From: an uncultured Lentisphaerota bacterium
GTDB lineage: Bacteria; Verrucomicrobiota; Lentisphaeria; Oligosphaerales; CAITYL01
Assembly: GCA_903896595.1 (NCBI GenBank)
Contig: CAITYL010000398.1
Coordinates: 7,084-71,083 of the forward strand
DNA: 64,000 nucleotides
Direction of reading: 5' to 3'
Shown here: positions 40,095-49,319 of the stretch, piece after piece
Position numbering within the stretch: the stretch's first letter is position 1
Layout of the letters: each line of letters opens with the position of its first letter
The notes under the pieces: generated by a model
What the model saw: only the letters and a program-made list of their open reading frames with translations
Told to the model about the DNA's origin: nothing
Database searches by the model: none
Made by a program: the position numbers and the translations under genes

Positions 40095-41342
40095 TTGACC
40101 CGGCGCTGGATGACGCCTGACTCCAAGTATCACGGACAGCATCCCTACGGCGCTCAGTATATCTGGGATACCCTGTTCATGCTCGAACCGCTCTGCCTGC
40201 TTCCCGGGCAGACCGAGGTTGTCCGAGAGGTGCTGCGCAACTTCTGGGAGTTCCAAGATGCCTGGGATGCCATCGTCCCGGAACACGCTCGCGGTATGAT
40301 CCAACATGGCTTCCACCCCGATGCCTTTCTGCCCACCGCCTGCAAAGGCAACAGTTGCAGCCCTTGGCTGGCCTGGGGCGTGGAGCGGATTTACAACCAC
40401 ACTGGCGATGAAACCATGGCGCATGAAGCGTTGCCGCACCTGGAACGCTACCACGACTGGTACTGGCGCGAGCGCGACCTCGATGGCATCGGCCTCATCG
40501 CCCCCGGCGCCTATGGCACCGACCAGGTGCAAGCGATGCGCGACGACTCCGGCTACGATTTTGCCGCTGACATGGACGCGCTGGCCTACATCCAGCATCC
40601 GCGTTTCCCAGAGCGCGGCGCGGCGTACGGCAATCTCTACGGCGTCACCAATACCGCCTACGTCGTCCACGCCGAACGCTGCCTCCAGCGGCTGGCGGCA
40701 AAACTGGGAGACCACGCCATGGCCGCCCGTCGCGACAGCCACCTTCAAAAAGCCGTGGCGGCAGCCCGGGAGAGAATGTGGAATGAGGAGACCGGCATGT
40801 TCCATACCCTCCGCCGCGACGGTGGCAAAGTCCCAACCTTGACCATCGGTGCGTTCATGATGCTTCTGGCGCAAGTTCCAACCCCGGCGCAGGCGGAGCG
40901 CATTCTCGGAAATTTGCGAACGCCGAATTGGCTGACCCCGCTGCCGATGCCCACCGTTGGCCGCGGCGATCCCAAATGGGAGCCCGCCACCATTGGCATG
41001 TTGCCAAACCCGCCCGTGCGGCTGGACCACCTCGGCCAGGCCTACAACATGTGGCGCGGCGACGTCTGGCCACCGTGCAATTACCAAGTCGCCATGGGTG
41101 CAGCGGCGTACGGTGCCACCGATCTTGCGGCCCGCATCTGCGATGCCACGGTGATGAACGCCATTCAGTGGGACGACGTCAACGAGCGCTACTGTTGCGA
41201 TACCGGCCGCCCGCTCGGCCCCTCGGACTACGGCATGTCCGCCTGCGTGTTGAGCATGGTCTATGACGGCCTGCCCCAGCGCTATGGCGCAACCAATACA
41301 TTCACCACGAAGCCACAAAGATCAGGACAGCGTTTCTCATGA
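40095..41342 (+). CDS. GH63/trehalase-like six-hairpin glycoside hydrolase
   Basis: YIWDTLFMLEP, SPWLAWGVERIY and NMWRGDVWPPCNY fit GH63/MGH-like (alpha/alpha)6 enzymes. The frame is open from 39891 with no ATG/GTG/TTG before 40095, so the true N-terminus is uncertain. The antisense 441-aa ORF was rejected. Confidence 0.75.
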   Translation: MTRRWMTPDSKYHGQHPYGAQYIWDTLFMLEPLCLLPGQTEVVREVLRNFWEFQDAWDAIVPEHARGMIQHGFHPDAFLPTACKGNSCSPWLAWGVERIYNHTGDETMAHEALPHLERYHDWYWRERDLDGIGLIAPGAYGTDQVQAMRDDSGYDFAADMDALAYIQHPRFPERGAAYGNLYGVTNTAYVVHAERCLQRLAAKLGDHAMAARRDSHLQKAVAAARERMWNEETGMFHTLRRDGGKVPTLTIGAFMMLLAQVPTPAQAERILGNLRTPNWLTPLPMPTVGRGDPKWEPATIGMLPNPPVRLDHLGQAYNMWRGDVWPPCNYQVAMGAAAYGATDLAARICDATVMNAIQWDDVNERYCCDTGRPLGPSDYGMSACVLSMVYDGLPQRYGATNTFTTKPQRSGQRFS

Positions 41343-41617
41343 GCAATATCAACATGATTAAAAAACTTGCGTCCAGTTCTGCCTTATTGATTGGGGGTAC
41401 CGTATTTGCCGGTGCTGAGACTGGCGACTCTTCATCGTCGATCAGTTGGAAAAAGAGCATTCAAGTCGAGATGAACGCGCAATTTCTCTACCTGCACCGA
41501 CAATCCGTCAACGCTCTATTTGTTGATGGTCACGTTCGTTGGCTCGACGAATACAAAAACAGTATACCCAACGAAGTCAGTCCAGGGCCAAGCAGAGGCT
41601 TTTGGTTGGGCGAGTAA
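41339..41617 (+). CDS. small secreted protein carrying only the C-terminal H-X9-DG motif (possible DUF1559 remnant)
   Basis: 92 aa. Signal-like MIKKLASSSALLIGGTVFAGA. H-RQSVNALFV-DG motif followed by HVRWL. Lacks the prepilin N-terminal helix. ATGA overlap with the upstream stop. Low GC. Confidence 0.45.
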   Translation: MSNINMIKKLASSSALLIGGTVFAGAETGDSSSSISWKKSIQVEMNAQFLYLHRQSVNALFVDGHVRWLDEYKNSIPNEVSPGPSRGFWLGE

Positions 41618-41687
41618 GGTTGCACAGAAACAACGCCGACGACGTTGGAAATGGTGCCGTGGCGCTCGGAAATGTAACAAAGTAGAA

Positions 41688-42833
41688 TTAGGAAGCGCCA
41701 GCGCCGGGCACCGGCCCCACGGAGTCGCCGGGCACCCAGTGGAAGGGCAGGCGCGCCGTTGCCGGCGGGTGGGTCCCGGGGTTGGCGATCTCCGCAAACA
41801 GCAGTTCCATCGCCCGCCGCCCCAGCTCGTGCGGATCCCACGCGGTCCCCCCGATGCGGGTGGCCAAGCCGCTAAACGCGGTGCGCAAGCCAATTTGGTG
41901 CGCCCCCACCACTGAAAGGTCCCGGGGCACCGCCACCCCCAGTTCCTGCAAGCCGAAAATCAGCGGAATGGCGTCGTCATCACCTGAGCACAAAACCGCC
42001 GTCGGGCGCTCCGGCAGCGCCAGCACCCGCCGCGCGTTGGCCACGTCCGCGTAACTAAATGGCGCGCCGGGCCGGGTCGCCGCCAACGTTTCCGCCGGCG
42101 GCACGTCATCCCGCCAAGCGATCAGCGGCGCAACCCCCAGGCTGGCGCAAACCTCCAAATACGCCCGATAATAGAGGGCGCCAACCCCATACCAGCCGGG
42201 CGTCGGTTCCTGCTGAACAACGGTGGACGTGAACAGGGCAATGCGCCGGTGCCCGAGCGCCCGTAGCTCTGAAATCGCCAACTGAATGTGTCCGGCATAA
42301 TCCGGCGCCACCGACGGCAGTTCCGCGCTGATCCGGTGATCAATCTGCATCACGGGCAACCCCTGCCCGCGCAAGGAACGCAATTTTGCTAAATTGGTCG
42401 TGCCATCCCGCTCCAGCGCCGGATAAAGCAGCAGTCCGTCCACCTGCCGCTCCACCGCCATCTCCAAATGCCTGGCTTCGTCTTCAACGCTGTCCCCATG
42501 GTAATAGACGACCAGCGAGCAGCCATTGGCCTCCGTAACATCCTGCATGCTGACCAGCAGGCTGGGCAGCACGTGCCGCAAGCTGTTACGCACTAGAAAC
42601 GCAACGAGAAAGGATCGGCGCTGCACCAGGCTGAGCCCGGTGATATTGCGGCGATAATTCATTTCACGGGCAACCCGGAGAATCCGCTCGTGCTTCTCCG
42701 GGGTCAGTTTGATCGTGCATTCCCGTCCGGAAAGCGCGGCATAGACGGCGCCGCGCGAGACCCCGGCGCGGGCGGCGACTTCATGCTGGGAGGGGCCGCG
42801 CAAGCGGCTTTGGGGCATGGGTTTATCGGTCAT
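41688..42833 (-). CDS. LacI family transcriptional regulator
   Basis: PSQHEVAARAGVSRGAVYAALSG ... YRRNITGLSL HTH plus a sugar-binding core. 381 aa. Confidence 0.85.
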   Translation of the reverse strand: MTDKPMPQSRLRGPSQHEVAARAGVSRGAVYAALSGRECTIKLTPEKHERILRVAREMNYRRNITGLSLVQRRSFLVAFLVRNSLRHVLPSLLVSMQDVTEANGCSLVVYYHGDSVEDEARHLEMAVERQVDGLLLYPALERDGTTNLAKLRSLRGQGLPVMQIDHRISAELPSVAPDYAGHIQLAISELRALGHRRIALFTSTVVQQEPTPGWYGVGALYYRAYLEVCASLGVAPLIAWRDDVPPAETLAATRPGAPFSYADVANARRVLALPERPTAVLCSGDDDAIPLIFGLQELGVAVPRDLSVVGAHQIGLRTAFSGLATRIGGTAWDPHELGRRAMELLFAEIANPGTHPPATARLPFHWVPGDSVGPVPGAGAS

Positions 42834-42869
42834 GGATACCTGGATTTTTGGGAATATACCGCATTCAGG

Positions 42870-44435
42870 CTAGCAACCGACAAAATGCAGGGTGTGACCA
42901 GCGGGGTCGTGGCGCGTCTGCCACAGGAGCTTTTTGCTCCACGGACGTTTGGGACGCCGGTCGAAGAACACCAGCCACCCTTCGGTCGCGCCACAACTAT
43001 CGCAATACGCCGCAAGCTGCAACATCCCCTCTTCCTTCGACTTCGGCCCTTCCCAGAGTTTCAACTCCACCGGATAGCGCTGCCCGGCGTAGATCACGCA
43101 CACATCCAGCCGCCGCCGGCCGAGCGAGTACTCGCGAATGAGCTGCCCGCCACCATTGATCACCCGTTGCAGGAACGCCATCATGATCAAGTGCGGTGCC
43201 GCCTCCTTATACTGGTACATCTCCACCCACACCTCATTATTCTCGCGCCAGAAGGTTTGAAACGCCTTGAGCAGCCCGGTCATGTCCAGCCCGTCCGCCG
43301 TGGCCCATGGTGGGTTCTCCACGCGGGTTTGGAAGGCCACTTGACTGTCATAGGAAAGGGTGCGGGCAATCACCTCGGCATAGATCGGATTAGCCGGACT
43401 GAGCACGCCTTTTTCTTGCCGCAACAGCCCCAAGTCCAAGGTATACTGCGTGTCGTCGTTCATCAACCCCGCTGCGGAAAATTCCTGACCGAGCATCACC
43501 GGCTCCACCACCCGCCGCACCCGCTCCTCCTTAAGCCGCTCGTAGAGGCTATCGAGATGCGTGTCGCGGCGGCGCAGCAGATTTTCCGCTGCCAGGTTCA
43601 TCAATTCGGCCGTGACCGGCTTCGTGAGATCGCGGGCCAAAATCTCTTCTACGCATTCCCGGGCAATGGCGTTGACCAGCCATGGCTGGCCACCGGTCCA
43701 ATGACTGGCGCGGTCTACGGCTTCCGGCGTAAACGGCTGGCCGGTTTCGGCGGTGTGCTGGGCATAGAGGATGCCGATCTCGTCACGCGTAAAATTCTTC
43801 AGAGTCAATGACTTGGTAATGATGTTAAACGGGCTGGCCGAGCCCAGCGTGTCGCCGTCGGGCCGGATTTTGGCTTTGTAATCGCGGATGTCGCGCATGC
43901 CGACCAGCGCGATGGAACTGGGAAACGGCGCATCGGCGCGATTGATAAAACCATCCCGGAGCTGGCGCAGGAACGTGATCAAGGTCTGGTTGGACAAGCA
44001 ATCCGCCTCGTCGAAGAGGAGCACCAGCGGCTTACCGAGCGCACGGCAAAAGCCGCCTAAAGCCACCTTCACGGCCATGTTGAGACCGCCGCCAAGCGAG
44101 TCCTGCGGAAACGGTGGCCAGCTCCGTTTCCATGACGCATCCGACACCGCGCTGGCGAGGCAATTCAGAATAGCCGGGATTCCCTTTTCCGGCTCGCTCA
44201 AACCTTGCACGCTTTCCAGCGAACAATAAAGCGCGACCCGTTCGCCAACTGAATTAATCTCGGTGGCCAAGGCCTTGAGCAACGTCGTCTTGCCCGCCTG
44301 GCGTGCGGCGTGGATGACAAAATAGTTCCGTCCTTGGATCAGCGCCGCCAGTTCCGGGCAGCGCGCCAGCGCAGGCAACAGGTAGTGTTCCCCGGGAATA
44401 CAGGGGCCAGCGATATTAAAGGTGCGTTTCATCAT
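42870..44435 (-). CDS. AAA-ATPase-like protein with C-terminal PD-(D/E)XK-type nuclease-like domain
   Basis: Walker A AARQAGKTTLL and Walker B LLFDEAD. C-terminal RRLDVCVIYAGQRYPVELKLW (D ... ExK). The architecture recalls the PF09820/PF08011-type predicted ATPases. Confidence 0.75.
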   Translation of the reverse strand: MMKRTFNIAGPCIPGEHYLLPALARCPELAALIQGRNYFVIHAARQAGKTTLLKALATEINSVGERVALYCSLESVQGLSEPEKGIPAILNCLASAVSDASWKRSWPPFPQDSLGGGLNMAVKVALGGFCRALGKPLVLLFDEADCLSNQTLITFLRQLRDGFINRADAPFPSSIALVGMRDIRDYKAKIRPDGDTLGSASPFNIITKSLTLKNFTRDEIGILYAQHTAETGQPFTPEAVDRASHWTGGQPWLVNAIARECVEEILARDLTKPVTAELMNLAAENLLRRRDTHLDSLYERLKEERVRRVVEPVMLGQEFSAAGLMNDDTQYTLDLGLLRQEKGVLSPANPIYAEVIARTLSYDSQVAFQTRVENPPWATADGLDMTGLLKAFQTFWRENNEVWVEMYQYKEAAPHLIMMAFLQRVINGGGQLIREYSLGRRRLDVCVIYAGQRYPVELKLWEGPKSKEEGMLQLAAYCDSCGATEGWLVFFDRRPKRPWSKKLLWQTRHDPAGHTLHFVGC

Positions 44436-44530
44436 GAGGGAAATGTACCACCGGCGTGGGGCTTTACTATGCTGGGGGGGGGTGGATTTTCGCTTGCCGT
44501 TTTTCGTTTGAAAAAAGTTTGCGCGCGCGC

Positions 44531-44559
44531 TTGACGAACGCCAAAATACGTGCTAAAGT
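44531..44559 (+). promoter_or_regulatory. sigma70-like promoter candidate for the plus-strand glycan operon
   Basis: TTGACG (44531-44536), 17-nt spacer, TAAAGT (44554-44559) preceded by TGc (extended -10). About 80 nt upstream of ATG 44640. Confidence 0.35.
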
Positions 44560-44639
44560 TTCCTCTTAATATCACGAGATATGCACAGGCCAATACGCTC
44601 ACCCCGGCTAAGCGAGCACACGGCGGCAGTTCCCTGGGC

Positions 44640-45320
44640 ATGCGCAACAACATGATCGCCTTCAAACGCCCCTTCACGCTGATCGAACTCTTGGTGGTGA
44701 TCGCGATCATCGCGATTCTGGCCAGTTTGCTGTTGCCCGCTTTGGGCAAGGCCAAGGACAAGGCCAATGCACTTGCCTGCGGGAATAATCTGAAGCAACT
44801 GGGGGTGGCATTTACCTTGTATGCAAATGATTTCAATGAACGTTTCGTGCCAACCTATGATGGTAATTGGCCCCAAGCATGGCCGGTTCTCATCGACAAC
44901 TATATGCCGGTGGCAGGGTTCACCGCGGGTCAACCGGCCAAGGCAACCAGCTTGACCTGCTCGGGCATCGCCAGCCATCGTGCCGACTACGACTTCGGCA
45001 GCACCGGAAAAAAATACGCCTGCGACTACGGCAAAAACTGGTACGCCGGCAATACGGCCGACGGCACGTGGTGTTCGTTCTTGCGCGAGTCCGCATACCC
45101 GTCCGAGCACCTTTATGCCTGGGATGCGCTTTGGCTCTCCGTTGGCCCGTGGAACGCCTTAAACAATGGCGGCATGGGCGAGGCGGATATTTTCACCTAT
45201 CCGCATGGCGGGCGGCTCAACCAACTATTCGTTGATGGCGCGGTCGCCGTGTCTACCTTGCGCTACCGGTTGACTGCCGACACCAACTACCGCGCCTATT
45301 TTGGCCGCGACCTCCCCTGA
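44640..45320 (+). CDS. prepilin-type N-terminal cleavage/methylation domain protein, H-X9-DG (DUF1559-like)
   Basis: [36 protein letters not shown]-terminal [12 protein letters not shown]. Confidence 0.9.
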   Translation: MRNNMIAFKRPFTLIELLVVIAIIAILASLLLPALGKAKDKANALACGNNLKQLGVAFTLYANDFNERFVPTYDGNWPQAWPVLIDNYMPVAGFTAGQPAKATSLTCSGIASHRADYDFGSTGKKYACDYGKNWYAGNTADGTWCSFLRESAYPSEHLYAWDALWLSVGPWNALNNGGMGEADIFTYPHGGRLNQLFVDGAVAVSTLRYRLTADTNYRAYFGRDLP

Positions 45321-45463
45321 TGGTGACCGCCCGCGTTTTCTCCAACACTTAACCAAAGGAGGTGCCCCCGATCGTCATCATCACCGTCCCCATCTCCGGT
45401 GTTCCTGTTGACCACCGGTGTCCACCGTCCCGAGTCTCATCAAAATAATAGGGAATTCATCTC

Positions 45464-46264
45464 ATGAACAAGACATCATTCAGTGTCATCCTGTTGGCGC
45501 TCATCGTAACGTCAGTCAAGGCTGGAGTTTTCAGCGACGACTTCAGCTCCTACGCCAACGTCAATATTCCCGGTGCCACAACAGGAACCGCTCCCCAAAT
45601 CACCTCGGGAACCAACGGTTGGAAAGGAATCAACTGGAAAGACTTCAGTGATACCGGTTGGGGTCCTTCTGGTTGGGCTAACAATGGGATCTTGAATTTG
45701 GCGGCGGGGAATGCTGGCGTTTACGCCGCATATAACACCACCAGCGGCCCGCTCACCGCCGGTTCCAGCGCCAGCATTGACATCATTTATAGCGCGAGCG
45801 GTGACTACAGTGCCCGCGGCCTCGTCTTAAACCTGACCGAAACCACGGCATCCAAGAATTTCTATTTCGTCGGGATTAACCGGAATGAAACCACCGGCAA
45901 AGCCGAGCTGTCGGTTCTGGAAGCCAACGGCATGACGGCCAACGGCGATTATGGCCCCACCATGACTGGCTGGACCACAAAACTGCTGGATCATGTAAAT
46001 ACTGGCCTCACGTGGGATGGGACTAACCCGACCATCAATCTCGAGGCGACCTTGACGGCGGCCGGTAAGATCAATATTGCCTTTGGCAGCTACAGCACCA
46101 GTGTGGACGACTCGGCCAGTCCGGTCGCCATGGGTGGGTACGCCGGCGTGTCGATGTCTCAGTGGGACAGTTATAAATTGGACAACTTTGCCGTGGTTCC
46201 GGAGCCGGCTTCGCTCGGCCTCTTGTTAATGGGCGCGGTTGGCCTGTTACGCCGTCGCCGCTAA
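45464..46264 (+). CDS. PEP-CTERM sorting domain protein with lectin/LamG-like ectodomain
   Basis: Signal peptide MNKTSFSVILLALIVTSVKA. FSDDFSSY ... beta-rich Thr/Gly/Asn-rich domain. C-terminus VPEPASLGLLLMGAVGLLRRRR. Confidence 0.85.
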   Translation: MNKTSFSVILLALIVTSVKAGVFSDDFSSYANVNIPGATTGTAPQITSGTNGWKGINWKDFSDTGWGPSGWANNGILNLAAGNAGVYAAYNTTSGPLTAGSSASIDIIYSASGDYSARGLVLNLTETTASKNFYFVGINRNETTGKAELSVLEANGMTANGDYGPTMTGWTTKLLDHVNTGLTWDGTNPTINLEATLTAAGKINIAFGSYSTSVDDSASPVAMGGYAGVSMSQWDSYKLDNFAVVPEPASLGLLLMGAVGLLRRRR

Positions 46265-46270
46265 TCAGTC

Positions 46271-49200
46271 ATGTCCCATTCCCGTTGTTACGCCATGATC
46301 CGCTGCTTGGCCGTGGTCGCGCTGGTGGGCGCAACCGTCCACGCGGCGGATCCCGGCCACCCCTTCCCCGGCGACCGCCGCGCCGTCTTTCCCTGTCCGC
46401 GCCTGCCGGCGTCGCCGATCTTGGACGGTCAGCGTGACACGGTGTACGACCGCGACGGGTTCACCTTTCGCGGGTTTATGACGATTGGTGAGCGCCAGCT
46501 CGCCAGCGAAAACAGCCGCACGACGCTCGGCTGGGACGACCACGCGCTCTATGTCTTCATTGAATGCCCGTTGACGGACGGACGCCGGCCGTTGAGTGCC
46601 GCCCCGCAGCGTGACGGCAATCTCTGGGAGGGCGAGGATGTGGAATTGTTTCTCGACCCGGGCCCGACCCGCCAGCGCTACTTCCAACTGGCCGCCGATC
46701 CGTTAGGCAACCGTTTTGACCGGCGCACCGATCAAGCCGACTGGTCCTCCGAGCAATGGCAGGTGGCCTGCGCCACCACCGCCCGTGACTGGACGGCCGA
46801 AATTCGCATCCCGTGGACGATGTTGGAGATGGGGAAACCACAAGCGGGAGCGGAGCTTGGATTCAATGTTGGGCGCACGCACCGTAGCGTGCTTAAGGTT
46901 CCGATGATCGCCACGTTGCCGCTGGTGCAGATTGGCAGTTCGGCATTCCATGATGTCAACGGGTACGCCCTCCTGCGACTGACAACCGAGAGGGAAGCCC
47001 AAGGGCTGACCGTGGATTTTTCGCCCTTGATCCATGCGGTGAGCGTCAAGCCGCGTCAAGTAACGGTGCGCGGCGGCGGCGGGGCGACCCGCGCGGCGGT
47101 GCAGGCGACGACGCCATCCGGAACCGAACTCGCGTGCGGTGGCGCGACCTTGCCCACCGGCCAGTCAACGGCCGTGCCGTTCACCCTGCCATTGGATGCC
47201 GCTGAGATTCGCCTGGAACTGGTTTCCGCCGACGGCGGCCCCCTGGTGCGCAGCCCCGCTTATCCCACCGGACTGGCCCCCGTGGCGGAATTGCGGCGGC
47301 AGTTGGCGCAGTTGCTGACCAATGGGCAGGAGCTGGCGGCCTCCGGTAAACAGGCCGTCGCGGCAGATGCCGCCGCCTTGCAAGCATTGACACTCAGCAG
47401 CCAAGAAGCGCAAAAACAAACGGTGACGGCCAACGCCAACGTGCCGGCCGACGGTGGTGCCGCGCTGGCCACCACTTTGCGCGAAAAAGTCATACAGGCG
47501 GCACCAACAGTGGCTCGCCTCGCAGCGGTGGCCCAGGGGCACCCCGGAACCGCCTTGGCGGTGGAGAATGCCATGCGCAAAATCCGCCCCGGCGACCTGC
47601 CAACGTGGGCCGTTGCCCCCGCCATTCATTTGGCGGCCGCCCGTGGAGAACATGAGACCGCGCAACTGTTGCTTGAACGCCTGGAGGGAGAGTCACCCCT
47701 GACCATCCAAGCGGTCACCAGTGCCAACCTCCGCCCAGAGAAAACAACGCTTCCCGCCAACGGGGCAACGATTCCCGCCCCCGAGGTGCGCTGGGTCGAA
47801 AACGTGTTGGTCGACATGGCGGCGGGTAACTGGCGCACCCGCTTTTACGAGCAAAAACGGGAATGGCCGGAAATCCTGCGTCCGCCCCCGTTCCCGGCGG
47901 TTTCCGGTGGCCAACGCCTGGCCCTTTGGCTCACGTGGCGCGTCCCCACGGCCACGCCCGCCGGTGACTACGCCGGCACGGTCGAAATCGCTTTGTCAGG
48001 CACGAAAAAGCCCGTATCCATACCTGTTCGGCTACGCGTTCACGATTTCACTCTCGCCCCCGAAAAACGCAACCTGCAAACGAGCATCTGGCTCGGATCT
48101 CATGACCTCACCCGCTGGTACGGCGGCGACCTGTCCTGGGAGGAATTCCAGCCCTGGCTCGACCTGTTGGCGGACTACCGACTGACCCCCGCCATGGGTG
48201 CCGTAATTGAAGGCGCTTATAACCTCAAGGGAGGCGGCATCAAACTGTTCATGGATCAATCGACCAGCGTGCTGTCCGCCGATTTCTCGATCATGGATCA
48301 ATACGCCGATTTCCATGTCCGGCGCGGGCTCGGGCCGATTATCCTGACCGGGAGCTGCCACTCCGCTTGGCTGTTCGCTGAGTTGCCGCTGTTTGATCGC
48401 AAAACCGGGGAACGGCTTAAACGTCCCGCCGATAACCGTGGCGCAGCCGATCGCTTGGCCGAGCAATTTTGCCGCCTCGCCTATGACCATTACCGGAAGC
48501 GCGGCCAGGACAAGCTGTTTGTCATGTATCCGGCTGATGAGCCGAGTGATCACAAACTCGTCCAACCGCTTAAGGATTTCGTCGCCGCCTGTCGGCGTGG
48601 CTGGCCGGGGTTACCGATGATCTCCGCCGGCACCGCGCCGGACACGCATCCGGAACTGGTCGGGGTCATTGATCGCTGGTGCCCCCTCACCGACCGTTAC
48701 CAACGCGAGCTCGCCGCCACCCGGCGAACCCACGGTGATCAAGTGTGGTGGTACAGCACCTGGGCGCCGTTGTTGCCCAGCCCCAACATCCTGCTTGCCC
48801 AACCGGGACTTGACCACCGCATGCTTTTTTGGCAAGCCTTCCAAAACCAGGTAGACGGCTACCTGTTTTGGGGCACCGTGGTCTGGCCTGCCACCTTCCC
48901 CCATTGGTACCCCGAAACCCGCCCGGACGATCCGCAGTATGGCCAAGCTCCCCCCCTTGGTTGGCCCACAACCCGCTGGAACGACCGCGGGGCCAACGGC
49001 GACGGTTATCTTGTTTACCCCGGCCCCGCTAAACAACCGTGGCCCGGCGTGCGGCTCAGCCTGATGCGCGACGGCGTGGAAGATTGGGAGTATCTGACCA
49101 TCCTCAATCGCCGCCTGGCAGCGGCGGCCAACGCCACCGGTAAAGTCGCCCCAGCCGTGCTGGCGGCGGCAAAGAAAGCGTTGGATCTGAGCGACGTTAG

Positions 49201-49309
49201 CCGCTCCCTCAGCGACTACGAACGTGACCCCGCGAAACTGGAAGAAAAACGCGCCGCCATCGCCGCTGCCATTGTGCAGCTTCCACCGGCGGCAGATGAA
49301 ATCAAGTAA
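46271..49309 (+). CDS. secreted CBM9-like + DUF4091 (GH123-like) glycoside hydrolase candidate
   Basis: Signal peptide. N-terminal ILDGQRD ... WDDHALYVFIEC ... EGEDVELFLDPG ... YFQLAADPLGN fits the CBM9 pattern. C-terminal WWYSTW ... DGYLFWGTVVW ... GDGYLVYPGP ... LMRDGVEDWEYL fits the DUF4091 pattern. Start may be ATG 46295. Confidence 0.7.
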   Translation: MSHSRCYAMIRCLAVVALVGATVHAADPGHPFPGDRRAVFPCPRLPASPILDGQRDTVYDRDGFTFRGFMTIGERQLASENSRTTLGWDDHALYVFIECPLTDGRRPLSAAPQRDGNLWEGEDVELFLDPGPTRQRYFQLAADPLGNRFDRRTDQADWSSEQWQVACATTARDWTAEIRIPWTMLEMGKPQAGAELGFNVGRTHRSVLKVPMIATLPLVQIGSSAFHDVNGYALLRLTTEREAQGLTVDFSPLIHAVSVKPRQVTVRGGGGATRAAVQATTPSGTELACGGATLPTGQSTAVPFTLPLDAAEIRLELVSADGGPLVRSPAYPTGLAPVAELRRQLAQLLTNGQELAASGKQAVAADAAALQALTLSSQEAQKQTVTANANVPADGGAALATTLREKVIQAAPTVARLAAVAQGHPGTALAVENAMRKIRPGDLPTWAVAPAIHLAAARGEHETAQLLLERLEGESPLTIQAVTSANLRPEKTTLPANGATIPAPEVRWVENVLVDMAAGNWRTRFYEQKREWPEILRPPPFPAVSGGQRLALWLTWRVPTATPAGDYAGTVEIALSGTKKPVSIPVRLRVHDFTLAPEKRNLQTSIWLGSHDLTRWYGGDLSWEEFQPWLDLLADYRLTPAMGAVIEGAYNLKGGGIKLFMDQSTSVLSADFSIMDQYADFHVRRGLGPIILTGSCHSAWLFAELPLFDRKTGERLKRPADNRGAADRLAEQFCRLAYDHYRKRGQDKLFVMYPADEPSDHKLVQPLKDFVAACRRGWPGLPMISAGTAPDTHPELVGVIDRWCPLTDRYQRELAATRRTHGDQVWWYSTWAPLLPSPNILLAQPGLDHRMLFWQAFQNQVDGYLFWGTVVWPATFPHWYPETRPDDPQYGQAPPLGWPTTRWNDRGANGDGYLVYPGPAKQPWPGVRLSLMRDGVEDWEYLTILNRRLAAAANATGKVAPAVLAAAKKALDLSDVSRSLSDYERDPAKLEEKRAAIAAAIVQLPPAADEIK

Positions 49310-49319
49310 AAATGCCACC

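Noticed and set aside
39993-41318. 441-aa minus-strand ORF
   Set aside because: The plus-strand frame gives GH63/trehalase-like motifs (WDTLF, WRGDVWPPCNY). The minus-strand product has none.
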